A stretch of 64,000 bases of DNA from Puniceicoccaceae bacterium (GCA_040830765.1 JBFOMH010000017.1:32001-96000), one strand, 5' to 3'; counted from the stretch's first letter, positions 44,413 through 55,532 are shown. Notes: generated from the sequence alone by a model not told the origin. Made by a program: numbers and translations.

Positions 44413-45219
44413 ATGCCCACATCTGATCATAATATGAATATATGGGATATAGATTTTCATGTGGGCCTCACCTTTGAGAATGGAAGGGCATGGGTAGCTG
44501 AGGACAAAGTAGTCGATTTGTTGGACCGCTATGGGATTGAGCGTGCAGTTATAAGTGCAAGTGGCTTGGGACCGGATGGCTGGGTAGATGCAAACCTAAG
44601 GATTTCGAAATTAGTAGCCTCAGCTAATGACCGATTGATTGGTGGGTATACCTCACCAACAAACGCTTTCCGTGAAAGTGAAACTTTGAAGGAGTATGCT
44701 GAGGAATTAGTTGCTAATGGAATATCCTGTATCCGGTTGATGCCAGAGACAGGACCTCAGGCAGCACCGATGGTATTGGGTAAAGACTGCGCCATTTTAG
44801 AAGCAATAGAAGTCTATGCTATGCACAGAGTACCATTAATATTGCCTGTTGGCCACTTTTTCACGGGTAAAAAAAGATTCGAGTATGGACCGGATGCAAT
44901 TGAACGAATTGCAAAACAGTTTCCGGAAATGCCGATAATCCTCGTCCAGGGAAATTACCGATTAATGCAAGTACTGGAAGGAATGCTTAAAAGGTGCTCC
45001 AACCTGTATCTAACCATTTCTGGATTAGGATTGTTCTATCAACTAGAAAGCCTTGTCAGGAGAATCGGGGCTGAGCGGTTCGTTTTCGGATCTGGTGCTC
45101 CAGAAATGGAACCGTCCATGGGTATTGGAATGCTTCTTTGGTCAAGGCTTTCAGTTGAGGAGAAGCAAAAAATCGCGAGCAGCAATGTAGCCGGAATATT
45201 AGGAAAATCAAAATGCTAG
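44413..45219 (+). CDS. Amidohydrolase_2-like protein
   Basis: DIDFHVG..IGAERFVFGSGAP; several metal ligands look degenerate. Confidence 0.75.
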   Translation: MPTSDHNMNIWDIDFHVGLTFENGRAWVAEDKVVDLLDRYGIERAVISASGLGPDGWVDANLRISKLVASANDRLIGGYTSPTNAFRESETLKEYAEELVANGISCIRLMPETGPQAAPMVLGKDCAILEAIEVYAMHRVPLILPVGHFFTGKKRFEYGPDAIERIAKQFPEMPIILVQGNYRLMQVLEGMLKRCSNLYLTISGLGLFYQLESLVRRIGAERFVFGSGAPEMEPSMGIGMLLWSRLSVEEKQKIASSNVAGILGKSKC

Positions 45220-46103
45220 ATGAAGCTATCAGAGCAAGGACCTTAAGAGGACAACCAATTGATTCATGCCCTGTTTTTGACGTGCATGGCCACATTGGCG
45301 CCAGTCGCGATTCCCTTGTTGGCGAAATTATGGATTCCAACTGTGATGAAAAATTCAACTCAGTTTATGTTAACCTAGAACAACAAAGGGGCATTTCCTG
45401 GCCAAGAGCGCTTCCGCTATTAATGGAAGCGATGAATTTAACAGGAATCAATAGAATGGTGTTCAGTCATTTGGACGCAATCACAGCCAGGACAACGGAC
45501 ATCTATTTCAAGGCTCACAGGGAGGCGGAAGAAGCCATATGGTTCACTGAGAAACGGCTTCTTGGTTATGTAGTTTATGCGCCTCATTTTGTTGAATCAT
45601 CTTTAACTCAACTTAAGCGATTGAAGGAAAGTTCGAGTGGTTTTGTTGGTGTCAAACTGCACTGCGAAGTTCACGATGTTCGAATTAGCGACGAGCGTTT
45701 TAATGGTTTATTCGAGCATTTAAAAGATTATCCATGTCCAGTGCTGATTCATGCACATCCTTTGGATACGCCATTGGAAATTGCAAGGCGGGCTAAAAGT
45801 GTTCCAGATACTACTTTCATTATGGCACACTTCTGGCCAGGGGAGCACATGGCAAAGTTCCTTACCCAAGAATGTCCTAATGTATGCATTGATATATGTG
45901 CTTCAAAAACTCCCCTTGGCCAGCTTGAACGAATGGTCGAGTTAGTTGGTTCAAGTCGGCTTTTGTATGGATCCGACGCAACCTATCTTAGCCTTGGAGC
46001 ACAATTGGCAAAGGTAACCCTCGCTGATCTAACGCAGGCTGAGAAGGAAGCAATTCTGTTCCAAAATGCATCACACATTTTCTCAGAGTATTTAACCAGA
46101 TAG
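45213..46103 (+). CDS. Amidohydrolase_2 family protein
   Basis: DVHGH, GVKLH, LIH, MAH, LLYGSD. Confidence 0.85.
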   Translation: MLDEAIRARTLRGQPIDSCPVFDVHGHIGASRDSLVGEIMDSNCDEKFNSVYVNLEQQRGISWPRALPLLMEAMNLTGINRMVFSHLDAITARTTDIYFKAHREAEEAIWFTEKRLLGYVVYAPHFVESSLTQLKRLKESSSGFVGVKLHCEVHDVRISDERFNGLFEHLKDYPCPVLIHAHPLDTPLEIARRAKSVPDTTFIMAHFWPGEHMAKFLTQECPNVCIDICASKTPLGQLERMVELVGSSRLLYGSDATYLSLGAQLAKVTLADLTQAEKEAILFQNASHIFSEYLTR

Positions 46104-46116
46104 AAAGTATGCTATA

Positions 46117-48975
46117 ATGAAAATTCAAAATATCTCAACTCCAGGAATCCGTTCAATTCTGTTATCCATATTCCTAATGGTTAATCTGAATTCTTTCGCT
46201 CAAGGTACAGGTAATCTTGTCGGATACGTCTATGATGAGTTAACAGAGTCTTATCTCGTAGGTGCATCTGTAACAGTTGCTTCTTCGGGACAAAAAGTCT
46301 TTAGTGAAGAAGGTGGTCGCTTCCGGTTAAGGAATGTACCACTGGGACCACAAACATTAATCACAAATTACCAGGCTTATATGCCTGTTCGTGACAATGT
46401 TGAAGTTCGTGGAGACACTGTTGTTTCAATATTAATTCGCATGAATCCGAAGCAGGGTGAACAGGTTTATAATTTGGATGAGTTTGAAGTGATAGCGGGT
46501 GGTCTAACTGGTAATGCGAGAGCAAACCAACTACAAAAATCCTCTGATGCCCTTGTGAGCATATATTCCTCGGACGTATTCGGAGATTTCCCAGATCGAG
46601 CTGCAGCCGAATCACTTAACAGGTTGCCTGGTGTCAGTATCCGTCGCTTGGATGGTCAAGGCGACATGGTCTCAGTTCGTGGTTTGAACCCGGACTTGAA
46701 CAATTTCTCAGTAAATGGGCAACGTCTATCAGCTGGTGATACCGGTGGACGAATGGTCTCGATGGCAGTATTCTCTTCTAGTAATTTCGAGAGGTTCGAA
46801 GTAAATAAAGTCTTTCTACCTGAATTGCCTGGTGACTTTCTTGGCGCATCGGTGAATCTGGTAACCAAATCTGCATTCGACAGGGGAGGTCAGTTTGTAA
46901 ACGCCAGCATCCAGCATGGTAATGTGGAAATTACTGATGGTGAGTTATTTGAAGGGGAGGTCACCTATGGAAATGTGGTTGGGAAGGATAAGAATTTTGG
47001 GATTTTGATTACCGGTGGACTGTCTAACATTGAGAGGGGAACAGAAGGTATTCTTTCCCAATTCCTTAATTTTGGTTCTGGAGATAGTCCGGTATATGCA
47101 CCAGCAGGGCATCAGCTTGACAAATCGTTGACAGACAACACTCGCGAAAGCTTAGCCGTTGACTTCGAGTACAGGCCAACCGATTTTTCATCTTTCTTCC
47201 TTCGTGGAACCTTCAATCATCTGGAGCGGGATCAGTTAGCCCAGCGCAGGACTTACAGACTGCTCTTCACTCCCAGCCTTCGGCCACAAGTTGGAGATGG
47301 CGAGGCAATGTTTGCCGGTGCAAATTATCAGAGGACAAGCAGCGAAAATTTGCAGGAATCTGATTTTGTTAATGTCACTGGAGGTGGGTCAATAGATTTT
47401 GAGTCTTCAACATTGGATTTCCAGATTGGATGGACTCAGACAAATAACATAGATAGTGATCTTCAGGTGTTTGTCTTTGAGACAGGGCCAGTTCCCGGTG
47501 CAATAGGCATTAACTGGAAAGAACCAAGATACATCGATGTTTCTCCTCCGGAGCATCTTCCGCTTGCGAATCCCGAATCGTATAGATTTTTTGCAGCTGA
47601 CAGGATGCCACCTGAAACTTTACGCGACGTTTATGACCGCGACTGGAGCGCCGCTTTAGATTGGACACGTAGCTTGGGACTGTTTGGATATCAAGGAGAA
47701 TTCAAAAGTGGGGTTGCTGTAAGGCTTAAGGACAGGGCCGTTAACTTTGAAGGACGTTTCTATCGCAATTACTCAGGTGGCAGTTTAACTTTGGCCGACT
47801 TTGCAATCGAGCAAGTCGATGACGAATTGCTAAGCGGACGTTATGATTTTGGCTTGGGTGTCGATGCGGTTGGCTTCTATGAATTTTTTAAGACAAACAA
47901 GGATGATTTCGTTCCTAGTGAAGAAACGGCAAAAGCTGCATCAAACGAGCAGGATAGTGAAATTGGTGAAGATGTTTACGCAGTTTACTTGCAACAGGCA
48001 CTCGATATAAAATCTACTCGTTTGTACTTTGGAGCCAGGCTTGAAACTACTAGAACGGATCTCCAAGCTCGAAAGGTCACCCGCAATGCTTCGGGACAAA
48101 TTCAAAGTATAGAACCCATTTCTGCAAACAATGACTATACTAACATTCTTCCAGCTATCGTAACACGGACCGAGCTTGGTGAGAACATTGTTCTTAGAGC
48201 CGGGCTCACGCGAACTATTTCAAGACCTCGACTTGATCAACAATCACCTATTGAAGCACTTTCTTTACCCGATCCAAGTTCTGTTGGTGGAAGGGTGATT
48301 ACTCGTGGTAATCCGGATTTGAATCCATTGAGTTCTAACAACATTGATCTTTCAATAGAGTACTATACTGAAAACCTTGGGATGTTCTCTGCGGGAGTAT
48401 TTTACAAGGATATTAAAGATGTTACTGGACGGACAACCGAGATTATTGACGATCCCTTGTCTCCAGGAGAAATGGCCCAGCTCACTACCTATCAAAACTT
48501 TGGTTCAGCCGAGGTCAAAGGGCTTGAATTGAGTTTTACCAGGAAGATGGATTTTCTTCCTGAACCTTTGGACTCGTTTACTCTAACCGGAACATACACC
48601 TACACGGATTCAACGGTTGATGTGGTTGGCCGTAGTGGTTCCGATATGCCTCTTCCTGAGCAGGCTGATCATATAATCTCGGGTTCTATTGGTTTTAATC
48701 GTTGGGGATTTTCCGCGAATTTGGCATACGTTTATGACTCTGAAATGCTGAGATCCCTGAACTCAGATCCAAATCTGGATCTGTATATGGATGGAAGAGG
48801 GCAGTTTGACTTGAGCATGTCCTATCGGGTTAACAGCAGGGTCAAAGTATTCGCCGAGGTCCGTAATCTTACAGATGAGGAAACTTACATGTATATGGGT
48901 GATCCCAGCAGGGCTCAATCTACGGAGGTGTTTGGTCGAGTGGTCTCCTTTGGTTTAAACATAGACTGGGATTAA
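46117..48975 (+). CDS. TonB-dependent receptor
   Basis: Signal peptide, N-terminal CarboxypepD-like domain, AESLNRLPGVS plug, GNPDLNP, RNLTDE. Confidence 0.93.
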   Translation: MKIQNISTPGIRSILLSIFLMVNLNSFAQGTGNLVGYVYDELTESYLVGASVTVASSGQKVFSEEGGRFRLRNVPLGPQTLITNYQAYMPVRDNVEVRGDTVVSILIRMNPKQGEQVYNLDEFEVIAGGLTGNARANQLQKSSDALVSIYSSDVFGDFPDRAAAESLNRLPGVSIRRLDGQGDMVSVRGLNPDLNNFSVNGQRLSAGDTGGRMVSMAVFSSSNFERFEVNKVFLPELPGDFLGASVNLVTKSAFDRGGQFVNASIQHGNVEITDGELFEGEVTYGNVVGKDKNFGILITGGLSNIERGTEGILSQFLNFGSGDSPVYAPAGHQLDKSLTDNTRESLAVDFEYRPTDFSSFFLRGTFNHLERDQLAQRRTYRLLFTPSLRPQVGDGEAMFAGANYQRTSSENLQESDFVNVTGGGSIDFESSTLDFQIGWTQTNNIDSDLQVFVFETGPVPGAIGINWKEPRYIDVSPPEHLPLANPESYRFFAADRMPPETLRDVYDRDWSAALDWTRSLGLFGYQGEFKSGVAVRLKDRAVNFEGRFYRNYSGGSLTLADFAIEQVDDELLSGRYDFGLGVDAVGFYEFFKTNKDDFVPSEETAKAASNEQDSEIGEDVYAVYLQQALDIKSTRLYFGARLETTRTDLQARKVTRNASGQIQSIEPISANNDYTNILPAIVTRTELGENIVLRAGLTRTISRPRLDQQSPIEALSLPDPSSVGGRVITRGNPDLNPLSSNNIDLSIEYYTENLGMFSAGVFYKDIKDVTGRTTEIIDDPLSPGEMAQLTTYQNFGSAEVKGLELSFTRKMDFLPEPLDSFTLTGTYTYTDSTVDVVGRSGSDMPLPEQADHIISGSIGFNRWGFSANLAYVYDSEMLRSLNSDPNLDLYMDGRGQFDLSMSYRVNSRVKVFAEVRNLTDEETYMYMGDPSRAQSTEVFGRVVSFGLNIDWD

Positions 48976-49015
48976 GCCAGGTTTTGAAATATTCTAAACT
49001 CGTATTACATTCGAA

Positions 49016-50383
49016 ATGAAAAAACTGATTTCACTCTATGCTTTAATTGCATGTGCTCAAATCCTGCATCCAGAGGTCTGCTTGAATCCCGCGTTTGATC
49101 CTCAAAATTGGCCGGGGCCCGTTCCCGAAGCGATTCAGAGATCCGTTAAGCCGCTACAATTAGAACTGGAATCGGCGATGCTTCAAGAGGATGCAGATGG
49201 CATTGATGCTATTATATCAGAAATGGAAGCTGCTTTGGGAGACTGGGTTGGTGTGCCAGAGGTCAAACCTCAGTATGGTTTACCAATAGATAGCTCCTTA
49301 CCCGATCTCAACCATGTTGAAAAGCTCTGGCTTGAAAGCTATGAAAAATTGATTGTAAAGATGAATTCGCTCTGGTCTGACCCCAAAAGGCAGGAGAGAG
49401 AGGGGGATGCCCCAAGATTACGAATCAGCCTTCGGTTAGCCCGAGCATTCCTCCAGTCCTATGAAGCACAGCTTGAAAACAGTCATTCTTATGGAGAGGC
49501 TGGCAAGAAAGGAATGGATTTCCTAGTGACGCAGCAGACAAGTAATGGTGCATTTGGATATCCCGTTTATGAAGGAGGACAGCAGCGGCTGCAGCTTATT
49601 GTAGCTGAGGTTTTGAAGAAAGGCCGTTCTCTTGAATTGGATATGACCGAAAAGGGATATCTAATAAATGACCTCGGGGATGGGGGATTGAATTTTGATC
49701 ATGGCGTTGTTGGCTGTGGCCTTGTCTACGCATATTGGATTTCTGGAGACGAACGCTACTTGAATTCAGCTATTAGAGCGGGAGAATGGGTGTTTTCCCG
49801 GAACGATGTAAGAACACAGAATTTCAACTACAATTGCTTTTCAGGACAACTCATGGCCCGATTGTACAGGGCAACTGGAGAGGTTCGATACCTTGACGAA
49901 GCCCGGAATCTATTTGAATTTGGTGTTCTGCCAGGATTAATGGAAAATGGTCGCTGGATCGATCCCCACAACGCGCGAATTCAATACCATTCGGTTATGT
50001 TGCGGAGCATGTTTGAATACTATTTAGCCCTTCAGGATGCTGGCGACTGTAGAAATGCAAATAAAGTTAAGAACGCTTTGGTTCTCGGGCTTGATAATCT
50101 AGCATTGCAGATAACAACTTTCGGAGCAAGCAATGTTCACGAATTGTTGTCAATTGATCCTCTAGTCTATGGTTTGATGCTTTTGGATCCGAAGGATTCC
50201 TGGGAAGCTGCAGTTAACATTAATATTAACTATCTCGTCGACTATTTCATGCCAAAACTCGAGAAGAATGGGTTTCCCATGACAGAGTCAGTCGGCACCT
50301 ATCTTTTGTACCGAATGAGCAAGATGGAGGATGAGTTACCATTAGAGCTGCGTCTTGGCATGTTTAAGCCGGACAACCAATAA
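49016..50383 (+). CDS. Secreted alpha/alpha-barrel protein of unknown function
   Basis: Signal peptide; repeats such as SGDERYLNSAIRAGEW and LYRATGEVRYLDEA. Confidence 0.65.
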   Translation: MKKLISLYALIACAQILHPEVCLNPAFDPQNWPGPVPEAIQRSVKPLQLELESAMLQEDADGIDAIISEMEAALGDWVGVPEVKPQYGLPIDSSLPDLNHVEKLWLESYEKLIVKMNSLWSDPKRQEREGDAPRLRISLRLARAFLQSYEAQLENSHSYGEAGKKGMDFLVTQQTSNGAFGYPVYEGGQQRLQLIVAEVLKKGRSLELDMTEKGYLINDLGDGGLNFDHGVVGCGLVYAYWISGDERYLNSAIRAGEWVFSRNDVRTQNFNYNCFSGQLMARLYRATGEVRYLDEARNLFEFGVLPGLMENGRWIDPHNARIQYHSVMLRSMFEYYLALQDAGDCRNANKVKNALVLGLDNLALQITTFGASNVHELLSIDPLVYGLMLLDPKDSWEAAVNININYLVDYFMPKLEKNGFPMTESVGTYLLYRMSKMEDELPLELRLGMFKPDNQ

Positions 50384-50434
50384 TTTAGGGACGTTCTGAT
50401 CCTGCGAAAATCCTGATTAGTTCGATAGAATTGA

Positions 50435-52129
50435 TTGCAAGGAGTTTTAAAAGTGACTGAAACATTAGTCATAAAATTGGTTGTTGCTGCATATCTTCTG
50501 GTAATGCTCGGAGTGGGCATCGCTTCAGGAAGATTTGTTAAGTCTTCAGGGGATTTCCTAATTGGTGGGAGAAGAATACCTTGGTGGGTTGCTGGTACAT
50601 CCGTATATATGAGTGCCTTTAGTGTCTTCACTTTCGTTGCGGATGCTGGAAATGCTTATACACATGGTATGGTGGGCGCATTGATAAATGTGGGTCCTGT
50701 TCTTGGGTGGTTTGCTGCAGGTTTGTTGACTGCTTCATTATGGAACCGCTCCAGAATTGTCACTCCGGTTGAATACCTTGAAGAGCGCTTTGGGCCGGAA
50801 GTTCGAAAGTGGTTCGCATTATTGAGTATACTTTTCTCATTGAACAGCATTGCAACAAGGCTTTTTGCATTCAGTGTATTAGCGGGGACACTTCTCGATA
50901 TGCCGGTGAGTCATGTAATAGTGATATCCGGAATCGTTGTTGCTGTATACAGTTTGATGGGAGGTCTTTGGGCAGTAGTCCTCACAGATGTTATCCAATT
51001 CATTATTCTTCTTATCGGAATTATTCCTCTAGTTGCGCTCAGCTTAATTGAGATTTGGGGATTCACAGGATTTTCTGAATGGGTTAGCTCTGATGCATTT
51101 TCATGGAGCAAAACTGATAGGAATTATATCTGGCTAATGGGTTGGTGGGGTGTTGAAATAATAAATGCGCTTTTTCGATTTGAAGGCATTCAGAGGTTCT
51201 CTGCCGTACCATCAGAATCTGATGCTAGAAATTCGGCCTTTCTTGCGTCGGCCCTTCTTGCTCCAACTTTAGTTGCGGCATTGATTCCGATTTTTGCAGC
51301 AGCTTATCTTTTACCTGGCATTTCCGGTGAACAGGCCTTCGCGAGTATGGTAGCTTTGGTACTGCCAACAGGTTTAGTCGGACTTATCATGGGGGCTATG
51401 TTTGCAGCAACTATAAGTGCTTTGGACTCAGAACTTAATGTGTCTGCAGGCATAATAGCTAGAGACATATATCAGCGATTTATAAATAATCACTGTTCGG
51501 ACAATGACTTGCTTTATGCCAGTCGCTCAGCGACTTTGATTTTGGCTTGCTGCGCTGTGTTATGCGCACTCTTGATCGCTTCTACTGAAATGGGTGTTTT
51601 CGAATGGGCAGAGTTTGTTGTAAGCCGTTTCCTTGTTATTCCATTATTATGTTTTGTGCTGGGCCTTTTTTTTCGGAGAGCTTCTACCAAGGGTTTCATA
51701 TTCTCCCTGGTTCTAGGAACTACAATTTCAATGTTTCTATGGGGAATAGGATGGTCTCCATCTAGTGTCCGGTTTCCAGTTATTGTTACTTGTGTTTTGT
51801 CGATGCTTGTAGCTAACACTTTCTTTCCTGCTTCTGGTCGGGAAAAGGTCAGAGTGGATAACTTTACAAGGAAGATTACAACACCGTGTAGTAAAGAACC
51901 CACTACAATTGCTAAAGCCATGCATTCGGATATCCTGAAATTAATAGGATCCTCGCTGATTGCTGTTAGTTTAATCCCGCTCTCCATTGCTGTGATTTAT
52001 TTAAATGAAACGAGTTCTAGTTACTTGGAGTTATGGACTGGACTTTCGACATTGTTAACTGGTTTGAGCCTTTTGAAATTTAGTCAAAAGCAATCCGGAG
52101 AGCATGCTGATTCAAGTATCGTATCTTAA
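50435..52129 (+). CDS. Sodium:solute symporter
   Basis: DFLIGGRRIPWW..TPVEYLEERFG..GGLWAVVLTDVIQ; start uncertain. Confidence 0.9.
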   Translation: MQGVLKVTETLVIKLVVAAYLLVMLGVGIASGRFVKSSGDFLIGGRRIPWWVAGTSVYMSAFSVFTFVADAGNAYTHGMVGALINVGPVLGWFAAGLLTASLWNRSRIVTPVEYLEERFGPEVRKWFALLSILFSLNSIATRLFAFSVLAGTLLDMPVSHVIVISGIVVAVYSLMGGLWAVVLTDVIQFIILLIGIIPLVALSLIEIWGFTGFSEWVSSDAFSWSKTDRNYIWLMGWWGVEIINALFRFEGIQRFSAVPSESDARNSAFLASALLAPTLVAALIPIFAAAYLLPGISGEQAFASMVALVLPTGLVGLIMGAMFAATISALDSELNVSAGIIARDIYQRFINNHCSDNDLLYASRSATLILACCAVLCALLIASTEMGVFEWAEFVVSRFLVIPLLCFVLGLFFRRASTKGFIFSLVLGTTISMFLWGIGWSPSSVRFPVIVTCVLSMLVANTFFPASGREKVRVDNFTRKITTPCSKEPTTIAKAMHSDILKLIGSSLIAVSLIPLSIAVIYLNETSSSYLELWTGLSTLLTGLSLLKFSQKQSGEHADSSIVS

Positions 52130-52143
52130 TATTTTTCCTAATT

Positions 52144-53484
52144 ATGCACCCTTATGTAGAACGTACCATCAGGAGGATATACGCGCTCAATAGCAATGAG
52201 AAGTTATTCCTCCAGGCCATTAATGAAGTCCTCGACTCCCTTTCTTTTGTGCTGGAAGAGTTTCCGGAGATAGAAGACTGGAATTTACTGGAACGCATTT
52301 GTGAACCGGAGAGACAAAAAATATTCCGAATCAATTGGATGGATGATAAAGGAAAAGTTAATGTTAATCGAGGATTTAGGGTTGGATTTAGCAGTGCCTT
52401 GGGACCTTACAAGGGAGGTCTTCGATTTCATCCGTCTGTTGATCTCTCCGTCATTAAGTTTTTGGCTTTTGAGCAAGTTTTCAAGAACTCATTGACCGGA
52501 CTCAGCCTTGGAGCAGGGAAAGGTGGGTCTGATTTCGATCCAAAGGCCAAATCTGAAAGAGAGGTGATGAGGTTCTGTCAGGCGTACATGACCCAACTTT
52601 ACAGGGACATCGGCCACAAAACAGATGTTCCAGCTGGAGACATTGGTGTGGGATCGAGAGAAATTGGTTTTCTATTTGGACAGTACAAAAGGCTAACTGA
52701 TCGTCATGAAATGGGTGTTTTGACTGGAAAAGAAGCATTCCATGGAGGTTCATTTGTGCGTAAAGAGGCAACTGGGTATGGGACTGTGTATTTCGCCGAG
52801 GCGATGCTTGCCTCCCTTGGTGATGAATTATCGGGAAAACAGTGCATCGTATCTGGATCTGGCAATGTCGCAATATACGCAATTGAGAAGCTTCAGGGAA
52901 AGGGAGCAAACGTAATTGCCTGCTCTGACAGCGATGGAGTAGTCTACGCGCCCAACGGCATTCAGTTACCCTTGTTGAAGGAGATAAAAGAAGTCAAACG
53001 CGGACGTCTTCTTGAGTACGCAGAGAGATGCGAAGATGCCAAGTATGTTAAAGCTGGGAACATATATCAAATTCCTTGTTATGCTGCCTTTCCATGTGCT
53101 ACCCAGAACGAATTAGATGCACCGGATGCTCAGAAGCTCATAGGATCTGGGATTAGGTGTGTTGCTGAAGGAGCGAATATGCCTTGCACAAGTGCTGCGG
53201 TAAGGTTGTTTCGAAAATCTGGTGTACTCTACGGCCCCGGTAAAGCTGCCAATGCAGGAGGAGTTACGGTTTCCGGATTGGAAATGCAGCAAAACGCCTC
53301 AATAAGAAATTGGTCATTCGAAGATGTTGATGCCCAACTCAAGGGTGTGATGATTTCGATCCATGAAAAATGCAGTTACTACGGTCAGCAATATGGAACT
53401 GGACCTTCAGATTATGTTGCTGGAGCGAACATTGCGGGATTTTTGAGGGTCGTTAAAGCGCTAATGGGATATGGCGTTGGCTAA
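52144..53484 (+). CDS. gdhA: NADP-specific glutamate dehydrogenase
   Basis: GPYKGGLRFHPSV, GAGKGGSDFDPK, DVPAGDIGVG, EATGYG, GKAANAGGV. Confidence 0.95.
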   Translation: MHPYVERTIRRIYALNSNEKLFLQAINEVLDSLSFVLEEFPEIEDWNLLERICEPERQKIFRINWMDDKGKVNVNRGFRVGFSSALGPYKGGLRFHPSVDLSVIKFLAFEQVFKNSLTGLSLGAGKGGSDFDPKAKSEREVMRFCQAYMTQLYRDIGHKTDVPAGDIGVGSREIGFLFGQYKRLTDRHEMGVLTGKEAFHGGSFVRKEATGYGTVYFAEAMLASLGDELSGKQCIVSGSGNVAIYAIEKLQGKGANVIACSDSDGVVYAPNGIQLPLLKEIKEVKRGRLLEYAERCEDAKYVKAGNIYQIPCYAAFPCATQNELDAPDAQKLIGSGIRCVAEGANMPCTSAAVRLFRKSGVLYGPGKAANAGGVTVSGLEMQQNASIRNWSFEDVDAQLKGVMISIHEKCSYYGQQYGTGPSDYVAGANIAGFLRVVKALMGYGVG

Positions 53485-53769
53485 CTAAATTTTCGTAATA
53501 ACTAAATACGCCACCATAGCCAAGAGTATGCCAAGGTTGTCGGACATTAAACAATGAATCCAGCTTACGCATCATTGAGTCGTGAAAGCCCAAAAGGATG
53601 GGACATGACGAGAAAGTATAATTGTTCATTGAAATTCCGTATTGATACTGACCAGGTGGGAAACCCGGCTGAGAGGGTTTGGCAAACACTCGGGACCGAT
53701 TCTTGCGTAGCCGACCCGATTAGCCCGTTATAAATAACATTCGAGTCAGTACCCGTTAACTTCGTATAT

Positions 53770-54765
53770 ATGAATCCATTAAAAGTTGTCAGTATAGGCG
53801 GGTTCGGACATTCTGGACTTGTTTTCAATGACATGCTGGGTATGTCAGAGGCCAAGCTGGTTGGTCTTGCTCCTGCATTTGAAGGAGAGGACATCAGTTT
53901 CTTTGCAGGACATGAGCTTTGTCAGGAAGTACCGGTGTATGATGATTACCTGAACATGATCGATGAGGTTGATCCGGATGTAGCAGTGATCAGCACCCGG
54001 TTGGACATCATTCCGCTAATCATCATCGCTGCAGCCAATCGTGGTTGTCATATTATTGCTGAAAAGCCTTTGGCACTGGATTTTAAGATACTTGCAAAAG
54101 TGCGAGAAGCGGTTGAGGCCAATGGTACTAAACTGACAGCGATGCTTTCGATGAGAAGTGAGCCGCAGTTTATTGCTGCAAAAGAACTCTATGATTGTGG
54201 CCTGATAGGCGAAGCTGTTCTTGTGAATGGTCGAAAGTCCTACAAATGGGGATCGCGTTCGGAGTGGATGGGTGAAAAGGATAACTATGGAGGAACGATC
54301 GGCTGGGTTGGTATTCACGCGGTTGATTTTATCAACTTTGTTACGGGACTTGGTTTCAGCAAAGTCTCTGCCATGAAGGGTAATTTCTCACATCCCGAGC
54401 GTCCAGCATGTGATGACAATTGCGCGATGCTGCTAGAGCTCTCCAATGGTGCGCATGCAACAGTTAGTGTTGATCTTTATCGTCCGGGTTCTGCTACCAC
54501 CTGGGGCGATGACTGGATCCGGGTTGTGGGGACCAAGGGAGTCATAGAGGCTCGTGGATCGGATATGACCTGCACAGTTCTGGTGGATAGAGAGGAACCG
54601 GTTTTTGTCGAGCTGCCGCAGAAGTCGAAAATGTTCAGGGAATTCCTACTGGCAGTTGCAGGAGATGAATCACTTGAAATTCACCAGGAAGAGTCATTTA
54701 TGCTGACTCATGTCTGTTTGTGCGGTCGGGAATCAGCGGAACAAGAAACATTTGTAGAGATATGA
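53770..54765 (+). CDS. Gfo/Idh/MocA oxidoreductase
   Basis: IGGFGH, AEKPLA, GGTIGWVGIHAVD. Confidence 0.88.
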   Translation: MNPLKVVSIGGFGHSGLVFNDMLGMSEAKLVGLAPAFEGEDISFFAGHELCQEVPVYDDYLNMIDEVDPDVAVISTRLDIIPLIIIAAANRGCHIIAEKPLALDFKILAKVREAVEANGTKLTAMLSMRSEPQFIAAKELYDCGLIGEAVLVNGRKSYKWGSRSEWMGEKDNYGGTIGWVGIHAVDFINFVTGLGFSKVSAMKGNFSHPERPACDDNCAMLLELSNGAHATVSVDLYRPGSATTWGDDWIRVVGTKGVIEARGSDMTCTVLVDREEPVFVELPQKSKMFREFLLAVAGDESLEIHQEESFMLTHVCLCGRESAEQETFVEI

Positions 54766-54781
54766 TCATTACGAATAGTTC

Positions 54782-55282
54782 ATGAAAATTTTGAAATATA
54801 CTAGATTTATAGCTTTATCCACAATCGCAATGGGATACATGGCTGCGGAACGACCGAATATTGTCTTATTAATCGCGGATGATGTATCGCCTGACTTCAG
54901 CTGTTACGATTTCCCAGTTCAGCCTCTGAATATTGACAGGTTGGCTGCCGGGGTAGTTCGGTTTAACAATGCATATGTCGCAGCCAGCTCAAGTAGCCCT
55001 AGCCGATGCAGCATCATAATCGGACGGTATGCACATAATATTGGCGCTCTTGACTTGCAAATGGCTTTGCCGAAAGGACAGTTCCTGTTTCCAAAGGCGC
55101 TCAAGGATTCAGGATACTATTGTGCCAAGTTTGGGAAGTTCCATATGGGTGATTATTCCAAGGAAGGATTCGATGTAGTTCAGGAGAATCCAACCTACGC
55201 GCCAAGGGCGTGCCAGTTGACGCCGGGCTTTTTGAGAATGAACGCAATGTACAGGCCTCGCGGGGACGCTTTTTTACCCTAA
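54782..55282 (+). pseudogene. Truncated sulfatase
   Basis: RPNIVLLIADD..SSSSPSRCSIIIGRY..GKFHMG, then loss of similarity and a stop at 166 aa. Confidence 0.75.
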
Positions 55283-55313
55283 TCACTCCTTAACACGACG
55301 TTATGCCGCGAAA

Positions 55314-55532
55314 ATGATCGAACACAATCGAAAATCTACCTCTGTGCTCCTTGAACGGTCCCTGATATACCAGAGGTATAAAGCCGAAAAGGAAGAGATT
55401 GACCGGCATAAGTGGATCGAGAGCGAAAAAGCTGGTTATGACATTGGTTTTGATCGGGCTATGTTTGAGTGGGTTCGTCATCATAGAAACGACTTTCTGA
55501 ACCATTACCGGGATTCACAATTTATGCCTTAG
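55314..55532 (+). CDS. Small conserved protein (DUF4032-like)
   Basis: AEKEEIDRHKWIESEKAGYDIGFDRAMFEW. Confidence 0.75.
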   Translation: MIEHNRKSTSVLLERSLIYQRYKAEKEEIDRHKWIESEKAGYDIGFDRAMFEWVRHHRNDFLNHYRDSQFMP

